A stretch of 60,998 nucleotides of DNA, counting the filler, from Actinomycetales bacterium (GTDB lineage Bacteria; Actinomycetota; Actinomycetes; Actinomycetales; CAVURS01): assembly GCA_045807245.1 (NCBI GenBank). It is 3 parts of 3 records of this genome, joined end to end, with 100 filler letters (N's around TTAATTAATTAA, not from the genome) between each part and the next. Parts side by side here need not be neighbours in the genome. Positions count along the whole stretch, not along the records: positions 15,227 to 46,027 come from JBJMHS010000025.1; positions 46,128 to 60,998 come from JBJMHS010000028.1; 1 more part is not named here. One strand, given 5' to 3'. Position numbers and translations under genes: made by a program. How positions within the stretch are numbered: the first letter of the stretch is position 1; each line of letters starts with the position of its first letter. The notes beneath the pieces were generated by a model. The model was not told the origin of the DNA, searched no databases, and worked only from the letters and a program-made list of their open reading frames with translations. Below are positions 38,633 to 50,357 of the stretch, in pieces.

Positions 38633-39633
38633 GCCCGCCCCGGGGACGGCGGGCGTCGTGGCGTCGGCTGGCCGCCGCCATCGTCGCTGTCGCGCTGACC
38701 GCGAGCTGCGGCGTCGCGGGCCGGATCGTCGGCGTCCAATCACCGCCCGCGCATCCGGTGCCCGGCGCGGCGCTCGAGCCGCAGCAGGCGCGCGGCATCG
38801 TGGGCCGGGTGCTCGCCGCCGCCAACGCGGCGGACAAGGCCCGGGACGCGACCAAGGCCGCGAGGGCTTACGACGGGCTCGCGCTGCAGATGGCGACCGT
38901 GCTGTACCAGGTCGACACCGCCGCGGGGGCGACCGTGCCCGCCCGGCCGACGTCATCCACCCGGCCCTTCGTGCTGCTGACGCGCGGCACGGCGTACCCG
39001 CGGTACTTCTACGCCGTGCTGGCGGGGAGCGCGCAGCAGGCACCCGTGGTCATGCTGCTCACCGCCAAGGACGCGAGCGCGGCGTACCGGATCGCGGGCT
39101 CGGTGACGCTGCTGCCCGGCGCGCGGCTGCCCGAGGTGGCCGACCCGACCGAGGGATCGCCCCGGCTGAGCGCGGACGTCACTGGGCTCTCGGTGTCGCC
39201 ATTGGACCTGGGACCGACGTACGCAGCGGTGCTGAACAACGGCACGACGGCACCGGAGGCTGCGTCGTTCACCAAGGACACGTTCGTGGACCAGGTGCAG
39301 AAGGCCGCCGCGGCGCAGCGCCAGGGTGTCGCGCGCTTCGGCAGCTACACGCAGACCCATCAAGCCGTCCCGGGCGCGACCCTGGCGTTGCGGACGAGCA
39401 ACGGCGGAGCGCTGGTCTTCACCGCCCTTCAGCGGGTGAGCACCTTCACAGCGCGACCCGGCAACACGGCCACCCTCCCGCCCGACGTGCGGGTGCTGAC
39501 CGGCGAGGTGCAGGCCGCCACCTTCAGCACGACAGCTGCCGAGCTGTTGCTGTTCGTCGTGCCGCCTGCGGGGAAGGGCAAGGCCACCCTGGTCGCGGCT
39601 TCCGACGGCGTGGTCGCGGCCAAGGCGGGCTGA
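38629..39633 (+). CDS. Hypothetical lipoprotein
   Basis: Signal peptide with lipobox LTASC; GGAGG SD. Confidence 0.7.
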   Translation: MSPPRGRRASWRRLAAAIVAVALTASCGVAGRIVGVQSPPAHPVPGAALEPQQARGIVGRVLAAANAADKARDATKAARAYDGLALQMATVLYQVDTAAGATVPARPTSSTRPFVLLTRGTAYPRYFYAVLAGSAQQAPVVMLLTAKDASAAYRIAGSVTLLPGARLPEVADPTEGSPRLSADVTGLSVSPLDLGPTYAAVLNNGTTAPEAASFTKDTFVDQVQKAAAAQRQGVARFGSYTQTHQAVPGATLALRTSNGGALVFTALQRVSTFTARPGNTATLPPDVRVLTGEVQAATFSTTAAELLLFVVPPAGKGKATLVAASDGVVAAKAG

Positions 39634-39660
39634 CGTGACGCGTCCTGAGAGGATGACCGG

Positions 39661-40614
39661 ATGAGCCAGCAGCCGTTCAGCACCGCTGCCCTGCGGGGCG
39701 CCGTCGACCTCGGTGCCCTGGCCGCAGCCGGCCAACGCAAGGCCGCCGCGGCGAGCGGCGCCACGCCGGGCTACGTGGTCGAGGTGACTGAGGCGGACTT
39801 CCAGGCCTCCGTGATGGACCGGTCCATGACCGTGCCGGTCATCGTCGACCTGTGGACCGCGCGGGCGGCGCAGTCGCAGCAGATCAGCACCATCCTGGAC
39901 GCCCTGGCCACCGAGTACGCGGGTCGCTTCCTGGTCGCGCGGGTCGACATCGACACGAACCCCGGCCTGGTGCAGGCGTTCCAGGTGCAGACGCTGCCGT
40001 TCGTCGTGGCCGTGATCAAGGGCCAGCCCCTCCCACTGATCGCCGACGTGCTGCCGGAGCCGGCTGTCCGCCAGGTGCTCGACCGGCTGCTCGAGGTCGC
40101 AGCCCAGAACGGCCTCACGGGACGGGTCTCCCCGACGGGTGAGGTCGAGGCCGGCGAGCCCGCGGAGGAGGCCGAGGAGGCCGCACCGTCCGAACCGCCG
40201 CTCCCGCCGCTGCACCAGGCGGCGTACGACGCGATCGAGCGTGACGACCTGGACGCCGCCGTCGCCGCATACGAGCAGGCGCTGCGCGAGAACCCGGCCG
40301 ACGACCTGGCCTCGACCGGCCTGGTCAACGTGCAGCTGATGCAGCGGGTCGAGGGCCTCGACCCGGTCGCGGCCGTGGCGGCGGGTGATGCCGCACCGGC
40401 GGACACCGCTGCCCAGCTGCGGGCCGCCGACGCGGAGTTCGTCAGCGGCCAGGTGGATGCCGCCTTCGACCGGCTGGTCGAGGCGGTCCGGGTCCGCGCC
40501 GGTGACGAACGCGAGCAGGTCCGCCGGCGCTTGGTCGACCTGTTCTCCCTGCTCGGACCGGACGACCCTCAGGTCCGGCGGGCGCGCGTCGCCCTGACCA
40601 ACGCCCTGTTCTAG
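39661..40614 (+). CDS. Thioredoxin-fold/TPR co-chaperone (YbbN/CnoX-like)
   Basis: LRGAVDL, SMTVPVIVDLW, VDIDTNP, C-terminal TPR helices ending ALTNALF. Confidence 0.85.
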   Translation: MSQQPFSTAALRGAVDLGALAAAGQRKAAAASGATPGYVVEVTEADFQASVMDRSMTVPVIVDLWTARAAQSQQISTILDALATEYAGRFLVARVDIDTNPGLVQAFQVQTLPFVVAVIKGQPLPLIADVLPEPAVRQVLDRLLEVAAQNGLTGRVSPTGEVEAGEPAEEAEEAAPSEPPLPPLHQAAYDAIERDDLDAAVAAYEQALRENPADDLASTGLVNVQLMQRVEGLDPVAAVAAGDAAPADTAAQLRAADAEFVSGQVDAAFDRLVEAVRVRAGDEREQVRRRLVDLFSLLGPDDPQVRRARVALTNALF

Positions 40615-40617
40615 GGG

Positions 40618-41676
40618 ATGTCCGAACCCGAGACGCTGAGCTGGCGGCTCGCCGACCCGGACCGCCGCTGGTCGGCGGTCCGGCTGCTGCAGCACGCCGG
40701 GCTGGCGCCGGCGCGAGGCGCCCTCGACTTCACGCGCGAGGGCGACGGCTGGGTGCTCGAGGTGGGCCGTCCCCCGATCGACCGCGTTGAGTACCAGCTG
40801 GAGTTGCACGGCTACGACGGGTCGGTGCAGACCGGCCCCGACCCCGGCAACCCCAAGCGCGCGGCCGGCGTCTTCGGCCAGCCCAGCGTGCTGGAGCTGC
40901 CGGAGTACCGCCCGCCCACCTGGCTGGAGGCCGACCCGGGCGAGTGGAGCCGCACGACGTTCACCGCCCGCGGACGCGGGCTGCGCGACGTACCGGTCGA
41001 GCTGTGCTCTCCGGCCGGGACCGAGCCGGCCGATCCGCTGCCGCTGCTGGTTGTCCACGACGGCGGCGAGATGGACGCGCTCGCGCACGTCACGCACTAC
41101 GCGGCCGCCATGGTGACGGGCGGGGCGCTGCCGGCGTACCGGGTCGCCCTGCTCTCACCGCTGGACCGTGACAACTGGTACTCCGGCTCGACGGCCTACG
41201 GGCGGACGCTCGCCATGTCGGTGCTGCCCCGATTGAAGTACGAGGCGCACGTGGTGGGTCCGGTCGTGGGGTACGGCGCGTCGCTCGGCGCGCTGTCGCT
41301 GCTGGCCACGCAGCTGCGGCACCCGGGCGCGTTCGGCGGGCTGGCGCTGGCGTCGGGTTCGTTCTTCCATCCCACCGACGACCCGCAGGAGTCGGCGTTC
41401 CGCCGCTACTGGCGGGTCGTTGACCGCGTCACCGACGTGCTCCAGGGTGCGATGCGGGTCGGTGCCGATGACGGGGCGGTGCCCTGGATGCGGGTGGGGA
41501 TGGCGTGCGGGACGGTCGAGGAGAACCTCGCGAACAACCGGCGGATGGCCGCTGCGCTCGACGAGTCCGGGCATGGCGTGACGTTCGGCGAGTTCCGGGA
41601 CGCGCACAACTTCACGGCGTGGCGTGACGCCTTCGACCCGCACCTGACCGCCGTGCTGGCCGATCTGTGGGGCTGA
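40618..41676 (+). CDS. Enterochelin-esterase-like alpha/beta hydrolase with an N-terminal beta domain
   Basis: PLLVVHDG, GASLGA nucleophile, AHNFTAW; N-terminal RVEYQL...DPGNP segment. Confidence 0.8.
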   Translation: MSEPETLSWRLADPDRRWSAVRLLQHAGLAPARGALDFTREGDGWVLEVGRPPIDRVEYQLELHGYDGSVQTGPDPGNPKRAAGVFGQPSVLELPEYRPPTWLEADPGEWSRTTFTARGRGLRDVPVELCSPAGTEPADPLPLLVVHDGGEMDALAHVTHYAAAMVTGGALPAYRVALLSPLDRDNWYSGSTAYGRTLAMSVLPRLKYEAHVVGPVVGYGASLGALSLLATQLRHPGAFGGLALASGSFFHPTDDPQESAFRRYWRVVDRVTDVLQGAMRVGADDGAVPWMRVGMACGTVEENLANNRRMAAALDESGHGVTFGEFRDAHNFTAWRDAFDPHLTAVLADLWG

Positions 41677-41692
41677 CCGGCAGGATGTCCGG

Positions 41693-42439
41693 GTGCGTCG
41701 CGACTGGGTCCAGCTGAACGTTCCGGGGACCGATCTCAACCCGACCGTGGTCGCGTACGGGAACTGGGGCCGCCCGGTGCTCGTGTTCCCCTCGGAGGCC
41801 GGCAGCGCCTGGGACTACGAGAACAACGGGATGGTGGGCGCGGTCGCGGACCTGATCGATGCGGGGCGGGTCAAGCTCTACTGCGTCGACTCGCTGGACG
41901 CGTACACGTGGTCGGACCGCTCGATCCCGCTGGAGGAACGCGCGCGCCGGCACGCGACGTACGCGGGTTGGGTGCGGGACGTCGTCGCGCCGTGGATCCA
42001 CGGCGACTGCGGCGGGCCGGCGGAGATCGCGGTGACGGGGTGCAGCCTCGGCGCTTACCACGCCCTGCAGGCCGGGCTGACTCGCGCCGACCTGTTCCCG
42101 CTGGTGATCGGGCTGTCCGGCAACTATGACGTCGCCACCTGGTATGCGTGGGGCGAACGCGGCCACTCGGCGTACTTCGCGAACCCGGTCGACTACGTCC
42201 CGAACCTGCACGGGGACCATCTCGACTGGCTGCGCAGCCGGCTGTCGGTCGTGCTGGTCTGCGGACAGGGAGCCTGGGAGACGCATCCGACAGGCTCGTT
42301 GCCAGCGACCCGGCGGATGGGAAACCTGTTGCAGAGCAGGGGAATCAACTGCGAGGTCGACCTCTGGGGGTTCGATGTCAGCCATGACTGGGAGTGGTGG
42401 CGCCGCCAGATCGCGCATCACCTGCCGCGCTTCTGCTAG
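41693..42439 (+). CDS. Putative esterase (alpha/beta hydrolase)
   Basis: YGNWGRPVLVFPS, GCSLGAYHA, SHDWEWW. Confidence 0.85.
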   Translation: MRRDWVQLNVPGTDLNPTVVAYGNWGRPVLVFPSEAGSAWDYENNGMVGAVADLIDAGRVKLYCVDSLDAYTWSDRSIPLEERARRHATYAGWVRDVVAPWIHGDCGGPAEIAVTGCSLGAYHALQAGLTRADLFPLVIGLSGNYDVATWYAWGERGHSAYFANPVDYVPNLHGDHLDWLRSRLSVVLVCGQGAWETHPTGSLPATRRMGNLLQSRGINCEVDLWGFDVSHDWEWWRRQIAHHLPRFC

Positions 42440-42448
42440 GACAGGGCT

Positions 42449-43726
42449 ATGACAGACGCGACGACCGTGGTCGAGACCAAGAAGCACTTGATCGGCCTGC
42501 TGCTGGGGACCGAGAACGACTGGCCGCGGGCGTTCGAGACGTTGCTCGGCCGCCTCGGCCTGGTCGAGGACGGGCTCGGCGGTCGGCACGAGTTCGCCAG
42601 CGAGCGCGTCACCATCGAGCCGTTCGCGCTGACCGACCAGCCGCGGCACGGGCTGGTGATCGACCGGCTGGCCTACTGGTACTACCACCCGCGCGAGTGG
42701 CTGAAGAAGGTCGCGCTCATGGATGACGTGTACCTGATGAACAGCCCGTTCACGTTTCAGTCGATGGAGAAGCACTCGGCGTACTGCGCCATGTTGCGGC
42801 TCGGGCTCAACATCCCGACCACGGTCCTGGTCCCGTACAAGAACCCGATCGAGAACGCGCGGTACGCCTACACGGCCGAGCGGTACAACCGCCCGTTCGA
42901 CCTCGACGCGGTGGCCTCGCACGTGGGGTACCCCATGTTCATGAAGCCGTTCGACGGCGGCGGCTGGCGGGGCGTGTCGATGATCCGCGACCAGGACGCG
43001 TTGCACCGGGCCTATGACGAGTCCGGCGAGATGCTCATGCATCTGCAGGCGGCGGTCAAGGACTACGACGTGTTCGCGCGGGCGCTGTCCATCGGCGCCG
43101 AGACGATGGTGATGAAGTTCCAGCCCGAGGAGCCGATGCACAACCGGTACGCCGTTGAGCACGGCTTCCTGTCGCCGACGGCGGGCGAGGAGGCAGTCAC
43201 CATCTCGCGGGTCGTGAACGCCTTCTTCAAGTGGGAGTTCAACTCGTGCGAGATGCTCGTCAAGGACGACGTGGTCTATCCGATCGACTACGCCAACGCG
43301 TGTCCTGACGTCGCCGTCACATCGCTGCACTACTACTTCCCGTGGGCGATGTCGGCGCTGGTGAAGTGGACGGCGTTCTGTTCCGTGACCGACCGGTCGA
43401 CCCGGCTGCACGTCGACACGGGCCCGTGGTTCGCGATCGCGGACCGGACCGACCTGTCGTACGCCGAGAAGCTGGCCCAGTACCGCACGCTGGCCGATGC
43501 CCACTTCGAGACCGAGCGGTACCACGACTTCGTCGCGGCCCGGCTGCCGGATCTCGATGACCAGGTGCTGGAGTGGGTGTCGTCGGCGGAGTTCGACTCG
43601 CTGCTGGTCGACACCGTGCGCGAGACTTACCCGGTGCATGAGCATGAGCAGTTCCTGGCCCACTTCCGTGGCCTGGTCGGGCTCTGGGTCAGCGACCAGA
43701 AGGGACCTGAGCTCGGCCGCTCCTGA
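42449..43726 (+). CDS. ATP-grasp ligase (RimK/glutathione synthetase-like)
   Basis: VIDRLAYW, NSPF..SMEK, YPMFMKPFDGGGWRGV, EFNSCEMLV, IDYANACPD. Confidence 0.85.
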   Translation: MTDATTVVETKKHLIGLLLGTENDWPRAFETLLGRLGLVEDGLGGRHEFASERVTIEPFALTDQPRHGLVIDRLAYWYYHPREWLKKVALMDDVYLMNSPFTFQSMEKHSAYCAMLRLGLNIPTTVLVPYKNPIENARYAYTAERYNRPFDLDAVASHVGYPMFMKPFDGGGWRGVSMIRDQDALHRAYDESGEMLMHLQAAVKDYDVFARALSIGAETMVMKFQPEEPMHNRYAVEHGFLSPTAGEEAVTISRVVNAFFKWEFNSCEMLVKDDVVYPIDYANACPDVAVTSLHYYFPWAMSALVKWTAFCSVTDRSTRLHVDTGPWFAIADRTDLSYAEKLAQYRTLADAHFETERYHDFVAARLPDLDDQVLEWVSSAEFDSLLVDTVRETYPVHEHEQFLAHFRGLVGLWVSDQKGPELGRS

Positions 43727-43768
43727 TCCGGTTTGCCGGCCCGGAGCCGGCGCCCGTAGCCTGGTGGT

Positions 43769-43804
43769 GTGCGTTCGAGTGTGACTCGCTGGTGGCCGTC
43801 CTGA
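43769..43804 (+). CDS. Leaderless Trp leader peptide MRSSVTRWWPS
   Basis: TAGCCT -10 (43757-43762), GTG 6 nt later, tandem TGG TGG codons, TGA at 43802-43804; lies upstream of trpS. Confidence 0.8.
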   Translation: MRSSVTRWWPS

Positions 43805-43831
43805 CGGACGGCTGTCTTCGCACCCCTGCTC

Positions 43832-43856
43832 AAGCCGCCCGTTGGGGCGGCTTTGC
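43832..43856 (+). terminator. Attenuator terminator hairpin of the trpS leader
   Basis: AAGCCGCCC-gttg-GGGCGGCTT followed by TGC; preceded by hairpin GCCGTCC-tgac-GGACGGC (43795-43812). Confidence 0.75.
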
Positions 43857-43898
43857 TATCTCCAGGCCGGCCCACGGGCTTTCACCTCGGAGAACCTC

Positions 43899-44939
43899 AT
43901 GTCTGCTCTGTCCGCTCCCGTCTTGCCTGCTGTCTCCACGCGTACGCCGACTCGCGAGCTGTCCGGCATCACGCCGTCCGGCCCGTTGACGCTGGGCAAC
44001 TATCTCGGCGCCCTTCGCCGGTTCCGCGCCCACCAGGACGACGCGTTCTACTTCGTCGCCAACCTGCACGCGCTGACGACCGAACATCAGCCGGCCCGGC
44101 TGCGCGACCTCACGCTGTCCACGGCCGCGCTGTTCCTCGCCGCAGGCCTGGACCCCCACCGCGCCACGGTGTTCTTGCAGTCCGACGTGCCCGCCCACGT
44201 CGAGCTCGGCTACCTGCTCGAGTCCACTGCGCATATCGGTGAGCTCAGCCGGATGATCCAGTTCAAGGAGAAGGGCGGCCGTCCCGGTACGCGTGCCTCC
44301 CTGTTCACGTATCCCTGCTTGATGGCGGCGGACATCCTGCTCTATGACGCTGACCGCGTTCCGGTGGGTGGCGACCAGTCGCAGCACGTCGAGCTCACCC
44401 GTGATCTGGCCCAGCGCTTCAACGCGACCTATGGACCGACGTTCGCCGTTCCCGAGCTCGTCCCTGAGGCACTGACGGCACGCGTGCGCGACCTGGCTGA
44501 CCCCGCTCGGAAGATGAGCAAGTCCGCTCCGGCGGATGCGCCTGGCGTGATCCGCGTCCTCGACCGCCCCGACGTCGTACGACGCAAGATCCGACGCGCG
44601 GTGACCGACAGCGACAACCGCCTCCAGTACGACCCGATCGGCCAGCCGGGCCTGGCCAACCTCGCGGAGATCACTGCGGCACTCGCCGGAGAGACACCCC
44701 AGCAGGTGCTCGGGGCCGCCACGTCGTACGCCGACGTCAAGGCACGCTGCGTCGACGTGGTGGTTGCCGAGCTGGCACCAGTCCAGGCGCGTCACGACGA
44801 GCTGCTCGGGAATCCGGACGAACTCCGGCGTCAGCTCGACGTCGGCGCGCAGAAGGCAAGCGCGATCGCCAGCAAGGTGCTCCACCGGGCCCGTGCCGCC
44901 ATCGGCCTCGGCTCTGCAGCCACTCCTACGCATGTCTAG
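43899..44939 (+). CDS. trpS: Tryptophanyl-tRNA synthetase (probably an auxiliary copy)
   Basis: SGITPSGPLTLGNYLG (HIGH-type), LHALT, YPCLMAADIL, VPVGGDQSQH, KMSKS; GGAG SD before ATG 43899. Confidence 0.93.
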   Translation: MSALSAPVLPAVSTRTPTRELSGITPSGPLTLGNYLGALRRFRAHQDDAFYFVANLHALTTEHQPARLRDLTLSTAALFLAAGLDPHRATVFLQSDVPAHVELGYLLESTAHIGELSRMIQFKEKGGRPGTRASLFTYPCLMAADILLYDADRVPVGGDQSQHVELTRDLAQRFNATYGPTFAVPELVPEALTARVRDLADPARKMSKSAPADAPGVIRVLDRPDVVRRKIRRAVTDSDNRLQYDPIGQPGLANLAEITAALAGETPQQVLGAATSYADVKARCVDVVVAELAPVQARHDELLGNPDELRRQLDVGAQKASAIASKVLHRARAAIGLGSAATPTHV

Positions 44940-46027
44940 CCGGTATCTCGGAGGTGGGGGTTTCGGTTGAGCCAGCGGGTGGCGAGCTGGCGGAGGGCGG
45001 TTTCGAGGTGTCGGAGGTGGTCGTTGGGTTCGGCCGGTGGTGCGCCGGGGGTTGGGGGCTGCCATTGCACGTGTCCGTCGAGGAGGCGGCCGGTCCAGCC
45101 GGTGGCGTGGATGTGGCGGTGGTGTCGCCCGCACAGCAGGGTGCCGTTGGCTTCCGAGGTCGCTCCGCCCGGCTTGCCGTCTCGGCCGAAGGCGACCAAA
45201 TGATGGGCGTGGCACCAGGGCGGGGGGGCGGAGCAGTTCGGGAAGGTGCAGTGCCGGTCGCGGATCTCGATGGCGCGGCGGATCTTGGGCGGGAACCGGT
45301 ACTGGCTCTCGCCGACGTCCAGGGCCCGTCCGTGGTCGTCCAGGACGGCGGGGACCAGCTCGGCGTCGCAGAGCAGGGTCTGGGCCTCGAGTGGTGAGAT
45401 TTCCCAGCCGCCGGGCTCACCGGTCTCCACCACGGCCATCGGTGCCCCGGCCTGAGCGCCCTTGCGGGTCGGGTCGGCTTTCAGGGTGGCCAGGTCGGCG
45501 GTCACGATCATCCGCACCGGCGAGCCGTGCCGGGACGGCAACCCACCGGGCTGGCCGGCCCGTTGGGCCAGCGACAGCTCCGCTAACCCGGTCAACGCGT
45601 CGGCCATCCGCTGGCCCCGGCTGCGCGGGTCCACCTCCCCGTCGGCGGCCGGGCGGGGCTGGGCCAACGAGTCCAGGGCCGTCTGGAGCAGGGCGCCGTC
45701 CTTGGCCGGCAGCGTGGCGGTCAGCCACCACATCCCACTGGGCTCCTGGCTCAGCGTCGCTTGGCGTAGGTGCTGTTGGGCGTCCTCATCGCGGGCCAGC
45801 CGGTCCGCGGCGTCGGGGTCCAGCCGGTGCCGCAACGCCACCCCCAGCTTGGCCAGCTGGCCGGCATCCAGGCGGGCCGCCTCACCCAGCATGAGCTGCT
45901 GGGCCTCACCCCACGTGGTCCCGTCCACATCGGGGACCTGGTCCAGCGCGCACATCGTCCGGGTGATCGCGCCGGCCTGGCTCACGTTCAGCTCACCGGA
46001 GCCGAACGCCTCCCGCGTCGGGGCCAG
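44936..46027 (-). CDS. DUF222/HNH endonuclease (13E12-repeat-like) protein, 5' truncated by the contig end
   Basis: RSRGQRMADAL, LCDAELVPAVLD, RDRHCTFPNC, CHAHH, GGATSEANGTLLCGRHH. Confidence 0.88.
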   Translation of the reverse strand: MAPTREAFGSGELNVSQAGAITRTMCALDQVPDVDGTTWGEAQQLMLGEAARLDAGQLAKLGVALRHRLDPDAADRLARDEDAQQHLRQATLSQEPSGMWWLTATLPAKDGALLQTALDSLAQPRPAADGEVDPRSRGQRMADALTGLAELSLAQRAGQPGGLPSRHGSPVRMIVTADLATLKADPTRKGAQAGAPMAVVETGEPGGWEISPLEAQTLLCDAELVPAVLDDHGRALDVGESQYRFPPKIRRAIEIRDRHCTFPNCSAPPPWCHAHHLVAFGRDGKPGGATSEANGTLLCGRHHRHIHATGWTGRLLDGHVQWQPPTPGAPPAEPNDHLRHLETALRQLATRWLNRNPHLRDTG

Positions 46028-46127
46028 NNNNNNNNNNNNNNNNNNNNNNNNNNNNNNNNNNNNNNNNNNNNTTAATTAATTAANNNNNNNNNNNNNNNNN
46101 NNNNNNNNNNNNNNNNNNNNNNNNNNN
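46028..46127. other. Artificial contig spacer
   Basis: 44 N + TTAATTAATTAA + 44 N. Confidence 0.99.
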
Positions 46128-46161
46128 AAACTTACACAACACCAAGCACTTCCGATCAAAC

Positions 46162-47184
46162 TACGTGGCGATCGGGCAGAAGGGCTCGACGATCGCGGCC
46201 GCACGCGGCGCCCTCGAGGCGGCCGGTGCGCTGGAGTACACCACGATCGTGGCGTCGCCGGCGTCGGACAGCGCGGGCTTCAAGTACCTCGCGCCGTACA
46301 CCGGTTCGGCGCTCGGCCAGCACTGGATGTACCAGGGCAAGCACGTCCTCATCATCTTCGACGACCTGTCGAAGCAGGCCGAGGCCTACCGCGCGGTCTC
46401 GCTCCTGCTGCGCCGCCCGCCGGGCCGTGAGGCCTACCCGGGCGACGTGTTCTACCTGCACAGCCGCCTGCTCGAGCGCTGCGCCAAGCTGTCCGACGAC
46501 ATGGGCGCCGGGTCGATGACCGGCCTGCCGATCGTCGAGACCAAGGCCAACGACGTCTCGGCGTACATCCCGACCAACGTCATCTCCATCACCGACGGCC
46601 AGATCTTCCTGCAGTCCGACCTGTTCAACGCCAACCAGCGCCCGGCGGTCGACGTCGGCATCTCGGTGTCCCGCGTCGGCGGTGCGGCCCAGGTGAAGGC
46701 CATGCGTTCCGTGGCCGGCCGGCTCAAGATCGACCTGGCCCAGTACCGCGCGCTGGAGGCCTTCGCACTGTTCGCCTCCGACCTCGACGCCGCGTCCCGT
46801 CAGCAGCTGTCGCGCGGGCAGCGGCTGATGGAGCTGCTCAAGCAGCCGCAGTACTCGCCGTACCCGGTCGAGGAGCAGGTCGTGGCCGTCTGGCTCGGTA
46901 CGACGGGCCAGCTGGACGACATCGCGGTCGAGGACGTGCGGACGTTCGAGCAGGACTTCCTCACCAAGCTGCGCAGCGGCGGCAAGGTGCTCGGGACCAT
47001 CCGGGAGACCGGCCTGTTCGACGAGGACACCGAGCAGGCGCTGAAGTCCGAGCTCGACGCCTTCAAGCGGGGCTACGCCAAGGACGCCGACCTGACCGTG
47101 CACCACGCCGGTCACGAGGAGGCCGAGGCGATGGAGGACGAAGAGGTCCACCAGGAGCAGATCGTCAAGCAGAAGCGCGGCTGA
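46162..47184 (+). CDS. atpA: F1 ATP synthase alpha subunit, 5' truncated
   Basis: [48 protein letters not shown]. Confidence 0.97.
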   Translation, partial: YVAIGQKGSTIAAARGALEAAGALEYTTIVASPASDSAGFKYLAPYTGSALGQHWMYQGKHVLIIFDDLSKQAEAYRAVSLLLRRPPGREAYPGDVFYLHSRLLERCAKLSDDMGAGSMTGLPIVETKANDVSAYIPTNVISITDGQIFLQSDLFNANQRPAVDVGISVSRVGGAAQVKAMRSVAGRLKIDLAQYRALEAFALFASDLDAASRQQLSRGQRLMELLKQPQYSPYPVEEQVVAVWLGTTGQLDDIAVEDVRTFEQDFLTKLRSGGKVLGTIRETGLFDEDTEQALKSELDAFKRGYAKDADLTVHHAGHEEAEAMEDEEVHQEQIVKQKRG

Positions 47185-47201
47185 GAGAGGGCTGACGCAG
47201 C

Positions 47202-49591
<2,390 letters not shown>

Positions 49592-49640
49592 CCCGCAGTC
49601 GTTCGGGTCGCTTGTATCGTGAAGGCGAGGGGAGGTTGCC

Positions 49641-49910
49641 GTGAGCCCGCTACAGGTTGAGCTGGTCGCCGCCGACCGCCGGGTCTGGGAGGGCGAGGCC
49701 TCGATGGTGATCGCCCGCACGCTCGAAGGTGAGCTCGGCGTCCTGCCCGGCCACACGCCCCTGCTCGGCGTGCTGGGTGAGGGTCAGGTCCGCATCACGA
49801 CGGACACCGGGGTGATCACCGTGGACGTCGACGGGGGGTTCATGTCGGTGGACCACGACCGGGTCACGCTCGTCACCGAGACGGCAGACATCGCGTCCGA
49901 AGGGCGCTAG
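49641..49910 (+). CDS. atpC: F1 ATP synthase epsilon subunit (short, no C-terminal helices)
   Basis: LQVELVAADRRVW, GELGVLPGHTP, GGFMSV. Confidence 0.93.
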   Translation: MSPLQVELVAADRRVWEGEASMVIARTLEGELGVLPGHTPLLGVLGEGQVRITTDTGVITVDVDGGFMSVDHDRVTLVTETADIASEGR

Positions 49911-49913
49911 GTC

Positions 49914-50357
49914 GTGCACGACCTCCTCATCCCTCTCGAGGTGGTCGTCGCGGTGCTCGCGGTCACCGCACTCTGTCTGGTCGCCGTCGTCTCGCGGCGC
50001 CGGTTCCTCACCCGAGGGGTCGGCGCCTTCGACTGCTCGCTCCGGTTCGGGTCGACCAGCCACGGTATGGGCTGGCGGCTGGGGGTGGCTCGCTACGAAG
50101 CCGACCGGATCGACTGGTACCGCATGTTCTCCTTCTCCCCCCGGGTCGGTACGTCGCTCGTCCGGGCCGACCTGCTGGTCCAGGAACGGCGGCGGCCGGC
50201 CGGGCCCGAGTCGTTCGCGATCCTCGCCGGCGCGCTGATCGTGCGGTGCCGGTATCGCGACGAGGTGGTCGAGCTGGCCATGAGCGAGCAGGCCTACACC
50301 GGGTTCGCGGCCTGGCTCGAGTCCGCGCCCCCTGGCCAGAACGTCAACGTCGCCTAG
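49914..50357 (+). CDS. DUF2550-family protein
   Basis: N-terminal TM, FDCSLR, GWRLGVARY, GFAAWLESAPPG; position after atpC. Confidence 0.85.
   Translation: MHDLLIPLEVVVAVLAVTALCLVAVVSRRRFLTRGVGAFDCSLRFGSTSHGMGWRLGVARYEADRIDWYRMFSFSPRVGTSLVRADLLVQERRRPAGPESFAILAGALIVRCRYRDEVVELAMSEQAYTGFAAWLESAPPGQNVNVA

Noticed and set aside
36122..39043. 973-aa minus-strand ORF and other long antisense ORFs (e.g. 23424-25547, 38953-41097, 41612-43663, 57841-60111)
   Set aside because: Shadow ORFs of high-GC coding sequence overlapping well-supported genes; no recognisable motifs.
46128..46160. AT-rich stretch AAACTTACACAACACCAAGCACTTCCGATC that appears to interrupt atpA
   Set aside because: It lies at a contig start and resembles a degraded Illumina adapter end (CTCTTCCGATCT). 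Most likely an artefact rather than an insertion in atpA.
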